A stretch of 64,000 bases of DNA from an uncultured Parachlamydiaceae bacterium (GCA_963742415.1 CAVULX010000004.1:576001-640000); one strand, 5' to 3'; shown: positions 18,604 to 28,870, counted from the first letter of the stretch. Numbers and translations: made by a program. Notes: generated by a model from the sequence alone, not told the origin.

Positions 18604-19858
18604 CAAGTCAAAGCGGCAGCTAATTTCTTGGGCTTTTTACGATTGGGCCAACGGGGCTTACGCTTGCATAATAGGAACCTTTGTTTATGCAGCCTATTTT
18701 GTCAATAGTGTAGCCCCGAATAAAACCGAAGGGATGTCACTATGGGGGATGGCCATAGGGATCTCAGGTCTTTGCATCGCCTTCGGCAGCCCCGTCCTTG
18801 GCGCCATTGCGGATCAAGGGGGAAATCGAAAACGGTGGCTTGCCTTATTTACTTCCATTTGCATCACCTCCATCGCTTCGATGTATTTTGTGCAGCCAAA
18901 GCCCCAATATGTAGCTCTGGGCTTGATTTTGATCGGTTTTGCCGCTACAGCTTCCGATTATTCTTACGTTTTTTATAATGCCATGCTTCCCGAGTTAGCT
19001 TCGAGAGAGAAGATCGGCAGATGGTCTGGATGGGGATGGAGCTTAGGGTACTTCGGCGGCGTGTTAAGTCTTTTGCTTTGTTTGCTGTTCATCCGCAACA
19101 AGCAAACTCTATGGGGGAGCTTGGATGATTCTTCGGAACAAGCCATACGAATTTGTTTCGTTTTTGTGTCTTTATGGTATTTGACATTTGCTTTACCCCT
19201 CTTTTTATTTACTCCTCGAGATAAAGCTAAGCTGCCCATGACCCCCCTTCAACTTATTTCAAAATCTTTCGGCCAGCTGAAACAATCGTTTATCGAAGTG
19301 CACTCCCACTTCGACATCTATCGCTTCCTCATTGCACGTATGATTTATACAGACGCCTTAGTCACCCTCTTTGCTTTTGGTGGTGTCTATGCGGCTGCGG
19401 CCTTTTCTCTAAATATCCAAGAGGTGATCCTTTTCGGGATCCTTTTAAATATCTCAGGAGGGATAGGAGCTTGCTCATTTGCCTTTTTGGATGATAAGTT
19501 TGGCGGCAAAACAATCATTATAACCTCCCTATGCTGCTTGCTTTTTACAGGATCGATGACGTTGATGGCACAAACCAAAACCCAGTTTTGGTACTGGGGA
19601 ATAACCATAGGCTTGTTTGTAGGTCCGGCGCAAGCTTCCAGCCGCTCCTATTTAGCTCGTATGACTCCCAAAGAATTGATCCACCAAATGTTCGGCTTTT
19701 TTGCTTTGTCCTCCAAAGCCACAGCTTTTCTAGGCCCTTTTTCCGTTAGCGGGATCGCGTATCTTACTGGAAGCTTAAAGGCGGGAATGAGTTGCATTTT
19801 AATCCTTCTTCTTGCGGGTCTTTTGCTCATGCTCAACGTCAAAAATGACAAGCCGTAG
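18587..19858 (+). CDS. MFS transporter (UMF1/Atg22-like)
   Basis: SWAFYDWAN, SPVLGAIAD, YNAMLP, GWSLGYFGG, QASSRS. Confidence 0.88.
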   Translation: MGNSINKSKRQLISWAFYDWANGAYACIIGTFVYAAYFVNSVAPNKTEGMSLWGMAIGISGLCIAFGSPVLGAIADQGGNRKRWLALFTSICITSIASMYFVQPKPQYVALGLILIGFAATASDYSYVFYNAMLPELASREKIGRWSGWGWSLGYFGGVLSLLLCLLFIRNKQTLWGSLDDSSEQAIRICFVFVSLWYLTFALPLFLFTPRDKAKLPMTPLQLISKSFGQLKQSFIEVHSHFDIYRFLIARMIYTDALVTLFAFGGVYAAAAFSLNIQEVILFGILLNISGGIGACSFAFLDDKFGGKTIIITSLCCLLFTGSMTLMAQTKTQFWYWGITIGLFVGPAQASSRSYLARMTPKELIHQMFGFFALSSKATAFLGPFSVSGIAYLTGSLKAGMSCILILLLAGLLLMLNVKNDKP

Positions 19859-19920
19859 CATCATTTCCCCTCACTCTCTGGTAACAGTCTCCAACTATGG
19901 TGCTTTATCTTCCTTTTTTC

Positions 19921-20075
19921 AACAGGATAAGCATGATCGTAAACGGCAGGATAAGCAGGATAAAAGAAAAAAGTTATTTTTTTAAATCGTTTAAACTTAA
20001 TTATATTCCCGCATCCTGAACCTTCTTATTCAATATCCTGCTTATCCTGCCGTTTACGATCATGCTTATCCTGTT
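19921..20075. repeat. Palindromic intergenic element, copy B
   Basis: Perfect 42-bp inverted arms 19921-19962 / 20034-20075, 71-bp AT-rich spacer. Confidence 0.95.
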
Positions 20076-20198
20076 TCTTCTCTATGCCTCTCCTAAGTAG
20101 GGATGTCAGAAAAGTCCAATAGAATTGTATTTAATGCTTGACATAACCCCATAAGTTTTTTATCTTCATATCTCCATGTGAAATAAAGGAAAACATTT

Positions 20199-21344
20199 AT
20201 GAAGTTCGTGATCTCTACTCAAGAATTCAACTATCTTATTTCGAAATGTTTAAATGTAGTTTCGCAAAAGATGACAATCCCGATCCTCTCGAATATTCTG
20301 ATAGAGGCAGTCAATGACGAGCTCATTTTAACAGCCACAGACTTAACCGTAGGGATCCGCTGCTATACAGAAGCCAAAATTTTAGCAGAAGGGGCCACAA
20401 CAGTGCCTGCAAAACGCTTGGCTCAACTTGTTCGGGAGTTGACAGCAGGAAATTTGGAGATATCGACCAATGCCAATGAAGTCACCGAAATTGTCGCCGA
20501 TTCTTCCCGATTCAAGCTCAATGGAATGAACAAAAATGAATTCCCCGCGTTGCCATCCGTTGCTGGAGCAACCAGCTTCAAGATCAAACAAGCAGACTTG
20601 AAAGAGATGCTCTTTCGCACCGCTTTCGCCGTTTCGCGCGAAGACAACCGGTACGTCTTGACAGGTGTCTTAATGCACATTGCCAATGCCGATGCAATTT
20701 TTGTAGGAACAGATGGCAAACGGTTAGCCCGCGCTCATATCAAAGTGGAAATTGACCCAACATTCACAGGCAGCTTTATCATTCCCCTAAAAGCCGTAGA
20801 AGAGATCTTGAAGAACTTAACCGAAGAAGGGGAAGCGACTGTTTATCTTATGAACGATAAAATTGCCGTGGAAGCTTCTAATACGATAATCGTTACGAAA
20901 TTGCTTTCAGGCGACTATCCCGATGTGAATCGAGTCATTCCCGAAAGTACCGAAGCCGTGGTTTCTTTACATCGGGAAGAGCTAATGACTTTGCTTAAAC
21001 AAGTCTCCCTCTTCGCAGCAGATACGAACCACTCCGTCCGCTTCACTTTCGATGCCGGTGAATTGCGTTTAGCAGCTAATGCAATGGAAGTCGGGGAAGG
21101 AAGGGTTTGCATGCCGGCTAACTACCACGGTCCGCAGCTCGAAATTGCTTTCAACCCCAATTTCTTTTTAGACATTTTGCGCCATAGTAAAGGGCAAACG
21201 GTCAACATGGGGATTACCGATGCCTACAATCCAGGAATCATCACAGACAACAATGAAGCCTCTGCCTCTAATGAAGCCTCTGCCTCTACTGTTACTCCAA
21301 GCTCCCTTTTCGTGCTGATGCCGATGCGTCTTAACGAAGAATGA
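20199..21344 (+). CDS. dnaN: DNA polymerase III beta clamp
   Basis: IPILSNIL, TATDL, R-VLTGV, TDG-RLA, YPDV-RVIP, LMPMRL. Confidence 0.97.
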   Translation: MKFVISTQEFNYLISKCLNVVSQKMTIPILSNILIEAVNDELILTATDLTVGIRCYTEAKILAEGATTVPAKRLAQLVRELTAGNLEISTNANEVTEIVADSSRFKLNGMNKNEFPALPSVAGATSFKIKQADLKEMLFRTAFAVSREDNRYVLTGVLMHIANADAIFVGTDGKRLARAHIKVEIDPTFTGSFIIPLKAVEEILKNLTEEGEATVYLMNDKIAVEASNTIIVTKLLSGDYPDVNRVIPESTEAVVSLHREELMTLLKQVSLFAADTNHSVRFTFDAGELRLAANAMEVGEGRVCMPANYHGPQLEIAFNPNFFLDILRHSKGQTVNMGITDAYNPGIITDNNEASASNEASASTVTPSSLFVLMPMRLNEE

Positions 21345-21345
21345 C

Positions 21346-22407
21346 ATGTTCCTGAAATCTTTGCTTTTGAGAAATTTTCGTCTATACGATGAAGCTTATT
21401 TTGAATTTGATTCCGGTATTAACATTTTGTGCGGTCCAAACGCCGCTGGCAAAACCACACTTTTAGAAGCAATCCATTTTCTTGTTTCCGGGCGCTCTTT
21501 TCGAAATTGGCAGCTTCTCGACTTGATTAAACAAGGGGAATCTGCTTTTTTTCTCGAAGCCGCCTTTGTTAAAAACGGGATCGAACAATCGATCAAGATT
21601 TACTACGGCGGCGCAAGAAAAAAGATTTTCTACAATAGCACCGAATGCCCTTCACTAACAGCTTTGCTTGGCACCCTTCAAGGAGTTGCTTTGGTACCCA
21701 CAGACGTGGAAATAATCAAAGGGGCTCCAGCAGCGCGCCGCTACTATCTAGACATGCAAATTGCTCAAGTCGACCCTCTCTATGTGCACCACTTGACCCG
21801 CTACCATAAAGCGATGACCCAAAGAAACCATTTACTTAAAATCCAATCCCTCTCTTCTATCGAATGCTGGGAGCAAGAAATGGCCAAGTCAGCCTCTTAT
21901 ATCACAAAGCAACGTGCCACAGCTGTAGAAGAACTAAAAGAGGACTGCAAAAACTACTATAGCTTCCTTGGCAAGGAGAGCGAACCTTTAGTATTATCTT
22001 ATAAAACCTCCTGCCCTGCGCACGATGAATTAGAGATGCGGCGGCAGCATTATTTGCAGCAATATGGCAAGCATCGGTTGCGTGAGGTTCAACTCAAAAC
22101 AACCCTCACGGGGCCGCATAAAGATGACTTAATCATCGACATATCCTCCAAAGAGGCTCGCTTCTTTGCCAGCGAAGGGCAGCAGCGCAGCGGCGTCACT
22201 GCCATGCGCATGGCTGAATGGACGCGGCTTAAGGCTTTAGGCGGCGAATCCCCTTTAATGCTCATCGATGACTTTGGAATGAGTTTGGATGATTCCAGGC
22301 GTTCCCGCTTAATCGAACATATTCAAACTTTGGGGCAAGTTTTTGTAACATCGACTCACGCTCTCCCTATTTCCGGGAAGATGTTGAATTTGCCACATTT
22401 TCAATAA
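21346..22407 (+). CDS. recF: DNA replication/repair protein RecF
   Basis: GPNAAGKTTLLEAI, GRSFR, GPHKDD, SEGQQR, LIDD. Confidence 0.96.
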   Translation: MFLKSLLLRNFRLYDEAYFEFDSGINILCGPNAAGKTTLLEAIHFLVSGRSFRNWQLLDLIKQGESAFFLEAAFVKNGIEQSIKIYYGGARKKIFYNSTECPSLTALLGTLQGVALVPTDVEIIKGAPAARRYYLDMQIAQVDPLYVHHLTRYHKAMTQRNHLLKIQSLSSIECWEQEMAKSASYITKQRATAVEELKEDCKNYYSFLGKESEPLVLSYKTSCPAHDELEMRRQHYLQQYGKHRLREVQLKTTLTGPHKDDLIIDISSKEARFFASEGQQRSGVTAMRMAEWTRLKALGGESPLMLIDDFGMSLDDSRRSRLIEHIQTLGQVFVTSTHALPISGKMLNLPHFQ

Positions 22408-22456
22408 CGCGTTTCTTTATATTCAAAAAATCGTTCTTTTTACCGGAATCAAAATT

Positions 22457-22723
22457 TCAATCAGAACTTGTTGGAATGATGGGAGTTTTTATAAGAAGTG
22501 AAAGGGCTAAAATTAGCCTGTCAGTTGCGAGATCTTTTTCGAACAGTGAAGCAGCTCCTTCCAATCTTTCAAAGTTGATCTCAACAAAGGATTTGAATTG
22601 TCTCCCTAGTCTTCGAACAGCATAAGTTTTTCCAACTTGCCTAGCTCCACGCAGAATAAGTGGTTTGCGAAAAGGGTCTATTTTCCATTTATCTAAATGA
22701 AAATCGATAATTCTCTTAAACAT
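22457..22723 (-). pseudogene. Truncated AAA_14/DUF4143-type ATPase (N-terminal fragment)
   Basis: RKPLILRGARQVGKT Walker A, but stops after ~88 aa with no Walker B. Confidence 0.75.
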
Positions 22724-22888
22724 GGCTGATTTCCAAAGCAAAATTGCTTAAAATTTGGTTCTATTCCAAACCAAAAATAGATGCTTTTTGGTTAAATTCC
22801 AAGGTAAAACATCACTTTTTTGGAAATTTAATTTTTCTCTTCTGAAAATTAATACAACCTATATGTCCAGATGGAAAGGAACCTTTTC

Positions 22889-22987
22889 TTTTAAATTTAC
22901 TTCATTGATTTAATATCAGGGTAGCAGCAAGATTCATGCGTAAATACACTCTAATAAATTTATCTACCCGACATCTATTTGTTGACA
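22889..22987. repeat. ~100-bp direct repeat copy 1, containing a Tn3-like 38-bp end (22918-22955)
   Basis: Highly similar to 25645-25741; core AGGGTAGCAGCAAGATTCATGCGTAAATACACTCTAA. Confidence 0.8.
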
Positions 22988-23217
22988 AAAAAAACATAAA
23001 TAAATCAATCTCTTTTAAATAAATTTTTTTATTATCTTTATAAAAACTTAATACTTTTTTAGTATGATTATTTTTTAATCAAATATTACGTTTGAATTGT
23101 TAACAAACTAATAAAAATTGATTACATAGATCAATTATGTTAGATTAAAAATTGACAAAAAGCATAAAAATATTATAGTTATTTATTTAAAAATAAAATA
23201 ATGGAGTTAAAACATAC

Positions 23218-24606
23218 ATGCGCTTGGAAAATTTTAATTTGGAAGGGGCTAAATACCTTTTTTCATGTACAATTCGTCATCCTAAACTCGCTTTATTAGG
23301 AGTATTGGCAACAATTACTGCTATTGTATTGCATAAATTGTATCGAGGAGATTTTCCTTCTAAAGATCTTCCAAAAGAAAAGCTAGACCTTCCAAAAGAA
23401 AAGCGCTTTAAGCAAGTTGATCCCCGTTATGCTAAAGCAATAAATCAAATTGCTTTGGATATTTTCGAAAATTTATCCAAGTCCAAAAATTCTTGCCTCT
23501 TTATGCCCAATCTAATTGCAAACCTAATGATGCTATATCAAGGAATGCCGGAAGAAGTTAAAGGCCCTATTAAAAAGGAGTTACATCTGGACGAAATGGA
23601 AGAGGGTGAAATCCGCGATGGCTTTGCTGATTGGACACAGCAGCTTCAATCACGTGCAGAAGATAAAGGTCTCTTTTCAAGGTTTCAAAAAAAGCCTTCT
23701 TATCAGTTTGTTGCTTCACGGGCAATTGCTGTTCATCAAGATTGCAAGTTACCTGATGGTATGAAAGAGGCCAATTTGATGGATGTAATATCTTTTGAAG
23801 GTGCTCAAGATGCTGAAAAAAAATCAAATGCTTGGATCGAAAACAAAACGGATGGAGATATCAAAGGCCTTGTCAAAGACTTGGATAGTAAGACTGCTGT
23901 ATTGCTCATCAGCGCGGCTATATTTGCTGGTAAGTGGGTCTATCCTTTTACGAAGAGCAAGACGCAAAAAGAAAGCTTCACTAACGCCGATGACACCAAA
24001 GTTCTTGTAGATAAAATGTTTATGGCCTCAGATAATTTGAGATTTGGATATGCCAATAGTCTCAGAGTCATGGAATTGCCATTTCATGGAGAGATCACGA
24101 TGCTCATTTTTTTGCCAGAGGGTGTTAAGAAGGAAAAGTATATAAATACTTTGAATAGAGCGATGACAACAACAAACATATTAAAATTTGTGCAAAACTA
24201 CGAAAATAAGTTGAAAGCAAAAGCATCGATGGAAATCGCTATGCCTCGTTTAAACGTTGATGAAGAAGTCGATTTAATGGAAGAGCTCAAAGACTGGCCT
24301 GTGATGCAAATGATTAAAGAAGCGGATTTAAATGGCTCACTACTTGAACGGGAGGGCGGTGATCCTTTAAAAGCTCAAAAAATGATCAACGCTACAAAAA
24401 TGAAATTAGATGAAGAAGGTGTTGTTATCAAAGCAGCGACTTATACACCTTGTTATTATGAATCCTGTCCTCCTCAACCCTTTGATGTCAATCGTTCTTT
24501 TGGATATGTCTTTTGGGACAAAGAAAGCAAAACAATTCTTGGCATAGGCAAAGTCACCCATTTAGATGGAGACCCTGTCCCCGAAAAAAAGAAAACCAGG
24601 TATTAA
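23218..24606 (+). CDS. Serpin family protein with N-terminal membrane anchor
   Basis: NAWIENKTDGDIK, SAAIFAGKW-YPF, MELPF, MLIFLP, MPRL, DEEG, F-VNRSF, ILGIGKV. Confidence 0.88.
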   Translation: MRLENFNLEGAKYLFSCTIRHPKLALLGVLATITAIVLHKLYRGDFPSKDLPKEKLDLPKEKRFKQVDPRYAKAINQIALDIFENLSKSKNSCLFMPNLIANLMMLYQGMPEEVKGPIKKELHLDEMEEGEIRDGFADWTQQLQSRAEDKGLFSRFQKKPSYQFVASRAIAVHQDCKLPDGMKEANLMDVISFEGAQDAEKKSNAWIENKTDGDIKGLVKDLDSKTAVLLISAAIFAGKWVYPFTKSKTQKESFTNADDTKVLVDKMFMASDNLRFGYANSLRVMELPFHGEITMLIFLPEGVKKEKYINTLNRAMTTTNILKFVQNYENKLKAKASMEIAMPRLNVDEEVDLMEELKDWPVMQMIKEADLNGSLLEREGGDPLKAQKMINATKMKLDEEGVVIKAATYTPCYYESCPPQPFDVNRSFGYVFWDKESKTILGIGKVTHLDGDPVPEKKKTRY

Positions 24607-24608
24607 TT

Positions 24609-25448
24609 GTGGCAGGGATAGTCGCTTACAGTTCTCATTTTCTTTCTACCCCGTTTCTTTTGAAGGATCCAAAACCCGATTATTCTGTTGAATATTTTTA
24701 TAAAAAAATAGGGGTGTTTGATCAGCAAACGACAAACGAAACGAAAATTTTTTTTAATGGGCAAGATAAAGAGTCCTATTTCCATGATGAGAAAAATCAT
24801 CGATGGGGATTAATAAAGCCCAAACAAGAAAAAAAAAGAAAGGCTCTTGTTGAATTCGATTGTGAAGGCCATGTCGTTAAAGAAGATATTTCAACTCCTT
24901 TTTCAGTTTATAAAAATTATGATCTCCTTAAAAAAGCCACAATTGTTGCTTTGGAAGCAATGGGAAAAAACATGAAATGGGAAGGAGAGTCCCATTTGAT
25001 GGCGATGTCTTTCATGCAACATCAGCTTGTCCAAGAAAAGACATCTCCTGGAATTGAATACCATCATGATGATAGTCATTATACGATGGTCGTTATGTTA
25101 GATGATCCTCAGCATCAGCAGCAGGGCTGGAATGGGGGTGAACTATTATTTAGGCCTGGAAAATCACACATTTTGGTACATCGTCTTACCCCCGAATTTG
25201 GGCATGGCATTTTATTTTCAAATCAAGGCACACAACATGCTGTCACTCCTTTTACAGCCAAAGATCATTCTCAAGATTACATCGAGAGAACCATTCTTAC
25301 ATTTCATGATTATGGTTTGGCTGAAAAAACTTCCGAAAAGATAAAATTAAAATCAAAATGGCATTATCTTCCTGTTTGTGCAAGCAATATGGCTTCGGGT
25401 CTAATTTCTGCAGTGTCTAAAGTTTTTGGACATATTTTTCATCGATAA
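24609..25448 (+). CDS. 2OG-Fe(II) oxygenase family protein (start uncertain)
   Basis: YHHD (HxD), GGEL, HAV, RTIL; GTG 24609 chosen to avoid overlap with the serpin. Confidence 0.68.
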   Translation: MAGIVAYSSHFLSTPFLLKDPKPDYSVEYFYKKIGVFDQQTTNETKIFFNGQDKESYFHDEKNHRWGLIKPKQEKKRKALVEFDCEGHVVKEDISTPFSVYKNYDLLKKATIVALEAMGKNMKWEGESHLMAMSFMQHQLVQEKTSPGIEYHHDDSHYTMVVMLDDPQHQQQGWNGGELLFRPGKSHILVHRLTPEFGHGILFSNQGTQHAVTPFTAKDHSQDYIERTILTFHDYGLAEKTSEKIKLKSKWHYLPVCASNMASGLISAVSKVFGHIFHR

Positions 25449-25489
25449 TTTCACAAAATTAATAATACGCAATGTAAATCAAATCCGCG

Positions 25490-25639
25490 TTAATTGTTCG
25501 CATTGCCGTGTTCCATCTTTGACAAGTTGCCCTGATTGACACCTACCTTTTTCGCAAGCCCTGCTTGTGACCAGCCTTCACGGAATCTAAAACCACGGAG
25601 TGTCGCACCAGCTTCGGAAAATTTTTCAATTAAATCACT
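25490..25639 (-). pseudogene. XRE/HigA-like HTH fragment
   Basis: Manual translation SDLIEKFSEAGATLRGFRFREGWSQAGLAKKVGVNQGNLSKMEHG; no start codon, premature stop. Confidence 0.72.
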
Positions 25640-25671
25640 TATTATTTTAAATCTACTTTATTGATTTAATC

Positions 25672-25865
25672 AGGGTAGCAGCAAGTTTCATGCGTAAATA
25701 CACTCTAAGAAATTTATCTGTCTGACATCTACTTGTAGACGAATAAAATCATTAGACTCAACTAACCATCATCGGCATTTCATTTTTAGAATTTTTCTAT
25801 CTTTTTAATATTTAACCTTGTAAATTCTTTAGAGTGTATTTACGGGGAAATCCTGCTGATACCCT
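25672..25865. mobile_element. Putative Tn3-derived miniature inverted-repeat element (194 bp)
   Basis: 38-bp imperfect terminal IRs AGGGTAGCAGCAAGTTTCATGCGTAAATACACTCTAAG / AGGGTATCAGCAGGATTTCCCCGTAAATACACTCTAAA; no coding capacity; no TSD seen. Confidence 0.65.
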
Positions 25866-25965
25866 TCTCTGTCGTCTTCCTAAACATTGTTTATCATTTT
25901 GGGCTTTGTCCCAGGAAAAGTTTAAAAGCATTTGCGGGCTGAAGGCCTTGAAAGGAAGTTAAAAA

Positions 25966-28845
25966 ATGGAATCATCAATATTCACAGCAAGAGATCAAAT
26001 ACCGATCACTTCGATCGCTTCAACAACAGTTAGTAACTCCGATTCACCCTCTTCTCGGAACGATATCGATAAGATTAGAAGACTATCTTTTTTACCTCTA
26101 ACGAACTTTTTTAGTTTGCAAGCGAACTTTAAATTCAAAGAAAAGCACAACTTTTATACATTACCCGAACTGATTCTCACTTCTATTATCAAGCATGCTA
26201 AATTCCACCCCGTGGAAAAGTGGTCTTTAAAGTATATGATGGCAATTTCCCGTCTTATTAATTCTTGCTTTAAAAAAGAAAGATTATCTTTCAATGTGAA
26301 AGAATTGTTCGAAGATTTAGTAAAAAAAACTCACATAAAGTGGGGAAAAGAAGATTTGACTCGACAGAATAATAACGGAGACTTTCTAGTTATGCTTCTA
26401 GAAAAAGATCCCGAAATTGATTTTAATAGCCAAAATTTTGCGAAGATTCAAAGTAAACTGCTTGATTTGCAAATAAGCCAGTTTAGTCTTTCGATAAAAG
26501 AATTGAAACAGTGTTCTGATTTTTATAAAGCTACTATAGATAATTTAAAATTTCAGGTTATTCAAGATTCTAGAAATGCATTCCGCAATTACAAGAATAC
26601 AAAACCCACAGATTTGAAATCTGTAAAAACTAATTTTAGCGGAGGTCGCAATTATGATGATTTGTATACAAAAACTGTAGGCTTAGCTAAGATTTTTGAG
26701 CGAGCCGTAGAGGAAATTGTTAGGACAAACCCTCTCGGGGAGTTAGAAAAAATTGGGGAAAATTCAAAAAAAACACTACTAGCTAAGTTTTCAGATAGTT
26801 TAAACAACTATCAAGCGAAGCTGAAAACTCAATGCAGTCTTATAGAGGAAAAATTTGATTTTTTGGTACCTTTAAGGGGTCTTCGTCGATTAATGTCATC
26901 TGTAGGCAAGTTTATAAATGAAAATTCTAACGAGTCCAATGAGCCTGCTCCAAAACTCCCTGACTTAGATCGTCCTTCCACCAGCGAAAATAAAATGGAA
27001 AACCTAAGGAAAAATCAAAAAACATATACCCCAACACCGATAGCTGCATTTACTGACATTCAGGTTACTAGAGAAAAAACAGCATGTTTTGCCGAAACCT
27101 CGTACAGTAATTTCGAACAGCCTGACAAAAAGATTAAACAAATGTTGGAACTCTGGTCGTTGCATGCAAAACTTCTTCGATATTTAAGTTCTAACTTCAA
27201 AGAAAGTGCGTCTAGAATTGAAGTACAAGTGGAAAAACCTGAAGATTATATGTCATTGATCGATGAAGAGGAAAGAGAGAAAGCTGTAAAACGAAGAAAG
27301 AAAGCAATCAAGGGTAAAGAGGACTCTTCAAAGCAAGAAATTGCAAAACCCACGATTCAAGAAAGCTTCCCCGCAGAGAATGAACCGGAAAAAAATGGAT
27401 TGAATGTGCATCAACCTATTCTTACGAGCCCCTCAAATGATATTTTCTCTAAATTTGAATTCGGGGATAAAACCAATTTATACATTCCTAGCGAGGTTGC
27501 TGTGCGGCTTAATCAAGCCATCCAACAATCTTCCCAGTTAACCGATGAACAAATGAAGACGTTATCTCGTTTCAAAAAAAAATGTTACAAAATTGCAATT
27601 GAAGAAGCAAAAGACCATCTATTCCTAGCCGCATGCGGCTTTGAGGTCTTTATGGAAGCAATCTCTGAAGGACATTTTGAAGCTTTAGGGACGATCGTAT
27701 CAGCTTTGATGCTTGATTGGCATGGCATTGAAGAACAAACCCGGAGATCCTCTCACATTCTCATTTTCAAAAAAATATTTAAAACCCACCATCTGGAAAG
27801 CTTGAGTAAGGCTATCAATGAAAATGAAAATCAACAGCGGGTAGAGAGTCTCAGTGAACATCTGAATTCCTTGGATAATGCTCAAATATGGGCCCGTTAT
27901 CCAGAATCTCAACGTATTAGATCACCCGACCCTATGCCAAAAGGGTTAGAAATGCTTTATTTTGCTCAAAAGTTTTCGAATGCTTTTCTTAAAGGTAATA
28001 AAAATCTGTCTCAAGAAATTGAGGGAGTGGAAAAATTGATTGATTTCGTTTGCAACAAACACTTTTTTTGTTGGTTAAACATAGCCCGATTGCTTTGTCC
28101 AAAACAATTGACACCTTCAAGTATTGAAGCCTACAACACTCTGATCAATGGTTATCGTTGCGACCTTAAAACATACGCTAAGGAAAGATTAGAGGGGATA
28201 AATTCTGCGGCAGCGAATCGGAGAAGCAATGCGAATCTTCTCCAAGATTCCCTTGTAAAAAGGCTTAGAACTTTAATGAAAGCCAACAAAAAAAATAAAA
28301 ATATTAAGGTCTTTGACAACCCTTATGCACTGCTTGGAGATGTAAAACGGCATGTACAGAACGTTTCAATAGCTTCTATTTTAAAACAATCAAATAAAAC
28401 CCAGGTTCAGCACCATGAAGCGTGGCATCATAGGAATAGGCTCAATATGCAATGGGCTTTAGAGCAAACATACCGTTATATGGCGCTTGGCCAGGGGATT
28501 AAAGGGATCAAAGCCCATAACTTTCCAACATTTCAAAAGCTATTAAGGTCGATAGGAGTCCCTTTGAATAGCGCGGAAGAAGTGGATGCAAATGTGTTTA
28601 ATCTGGGACAGATGATATACTATCCGCGGTTCTCGACAAAAATAGATGATCAAAATTCACCTCTGATCGAAACCTTTCTCCAAATATTAAAAAATTGTCA
28701 GATGCAAGCCCACGATGGTTCTAAAGGCCTATGGGAGAAAGTTAAATCTCGTAAAAACCCAAAGGAGATAAGGCCCGATGCAGACTTGGATAAAGCCTTC
28801 ACCAATGCTCGAAACATCATCGGACGCTATATTGCCGCAACCTAA
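25966..28845 (+). CDS. Large hypothetical (effector-like) protein with two HEPN-like C-terminal repeats
   Basis: 959-aa ORF, Ser-rich N-terminus, coiled-coil region; KTHHLESL...ARYPE and QWALEQ...KAHNF...YYP. Confidence 0.75.
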   Translation: MESSIFTARDQIPITSIASTTVSNSDSPSSRNDIDKIRRLSFLPLTNFFSLQANFKFKEKHNFYTLPELILTSIIKHAKFHPVEKWSLKYMMAISRLINSCFKKERLSFNVKELFEDLVKKTHIKWGKEDLTRQNNNGDFLVMLLEKDPEIDFNSQNFAKIQSKLLDLQISQFSLSIKELKQCSDFYKATIDNLKFQVIQDSRNAFRNYKNTKPTDLKSVKTNFSGGRNYDDLYTKTVGLAKIFERAVEEIVRTNPLGELEKIGENSKKTLLAKFSDSLNNYQAKLKTQCSLIEEKFDFLVPLRGLRRLMSSVGKFINENSNESNEPAPKLPDLDRPSTSENKMENLRKNQKTYTPTPIAAFTDIQVTREKTACFAETSYSNFEQPDKKIKQMLELWSLHAKLLRYLSSNFKESASRIEVQVEKPEDYMSLIDEEEREKAVKRRKKAIKGKEDSSKQEIAKPTIQESFPAENEPEKNGLNVHQPILTSPSNDIFSKFEFGDKTNLYIPSEVAVRLNQAIQQSSQLTDEQMKTLSRFKKKCYKIAIEEAKDHLFLAACGFEVFMEAISEGHFEALGTIVSALMLDWHGIEEQTRRSSHILIFKKIFKTHHLESLSKAINENENQQRVESLSEHLNSLDNAQIWARYPESQRIRSPDPMPKGLEMLYFAQKFSNAFLKGNKNLSQEIEGVEKLIDFVCNKHFFCWLNIARLLCPKQLTPSSIEAYNTLINGYRCDLKTYAKERLEGINSAAANRRSNANLLQDSLVKRLRTLMKANKKNKNIKVFDNPYALLGDVKRHVQNVSIASILKQSNKTQVQHHEAWHHRNRLNMQWALEQTYRYMALGQGIKGIKAHNFPTFQKLLRSIGVPLNSAEEVDANVFNLGQMIYYPRFSTKIDDQNSPLIETFLQILKNCQMQAHDGSKGLWEKVKSRKNPKEIRPDADLDKAFTNARNIIGRYIAAT

Positions 28846-28870
28846 AGCCCCGGATCTGAAGTTTCGAGGC

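Noticed and set aside
25899..25950. REP-like GC hairpins before (and at 28846-28870 after) the 959-aa gene
   Set aside because: Short and degenerate, and I could not establish a consistent repeat unit
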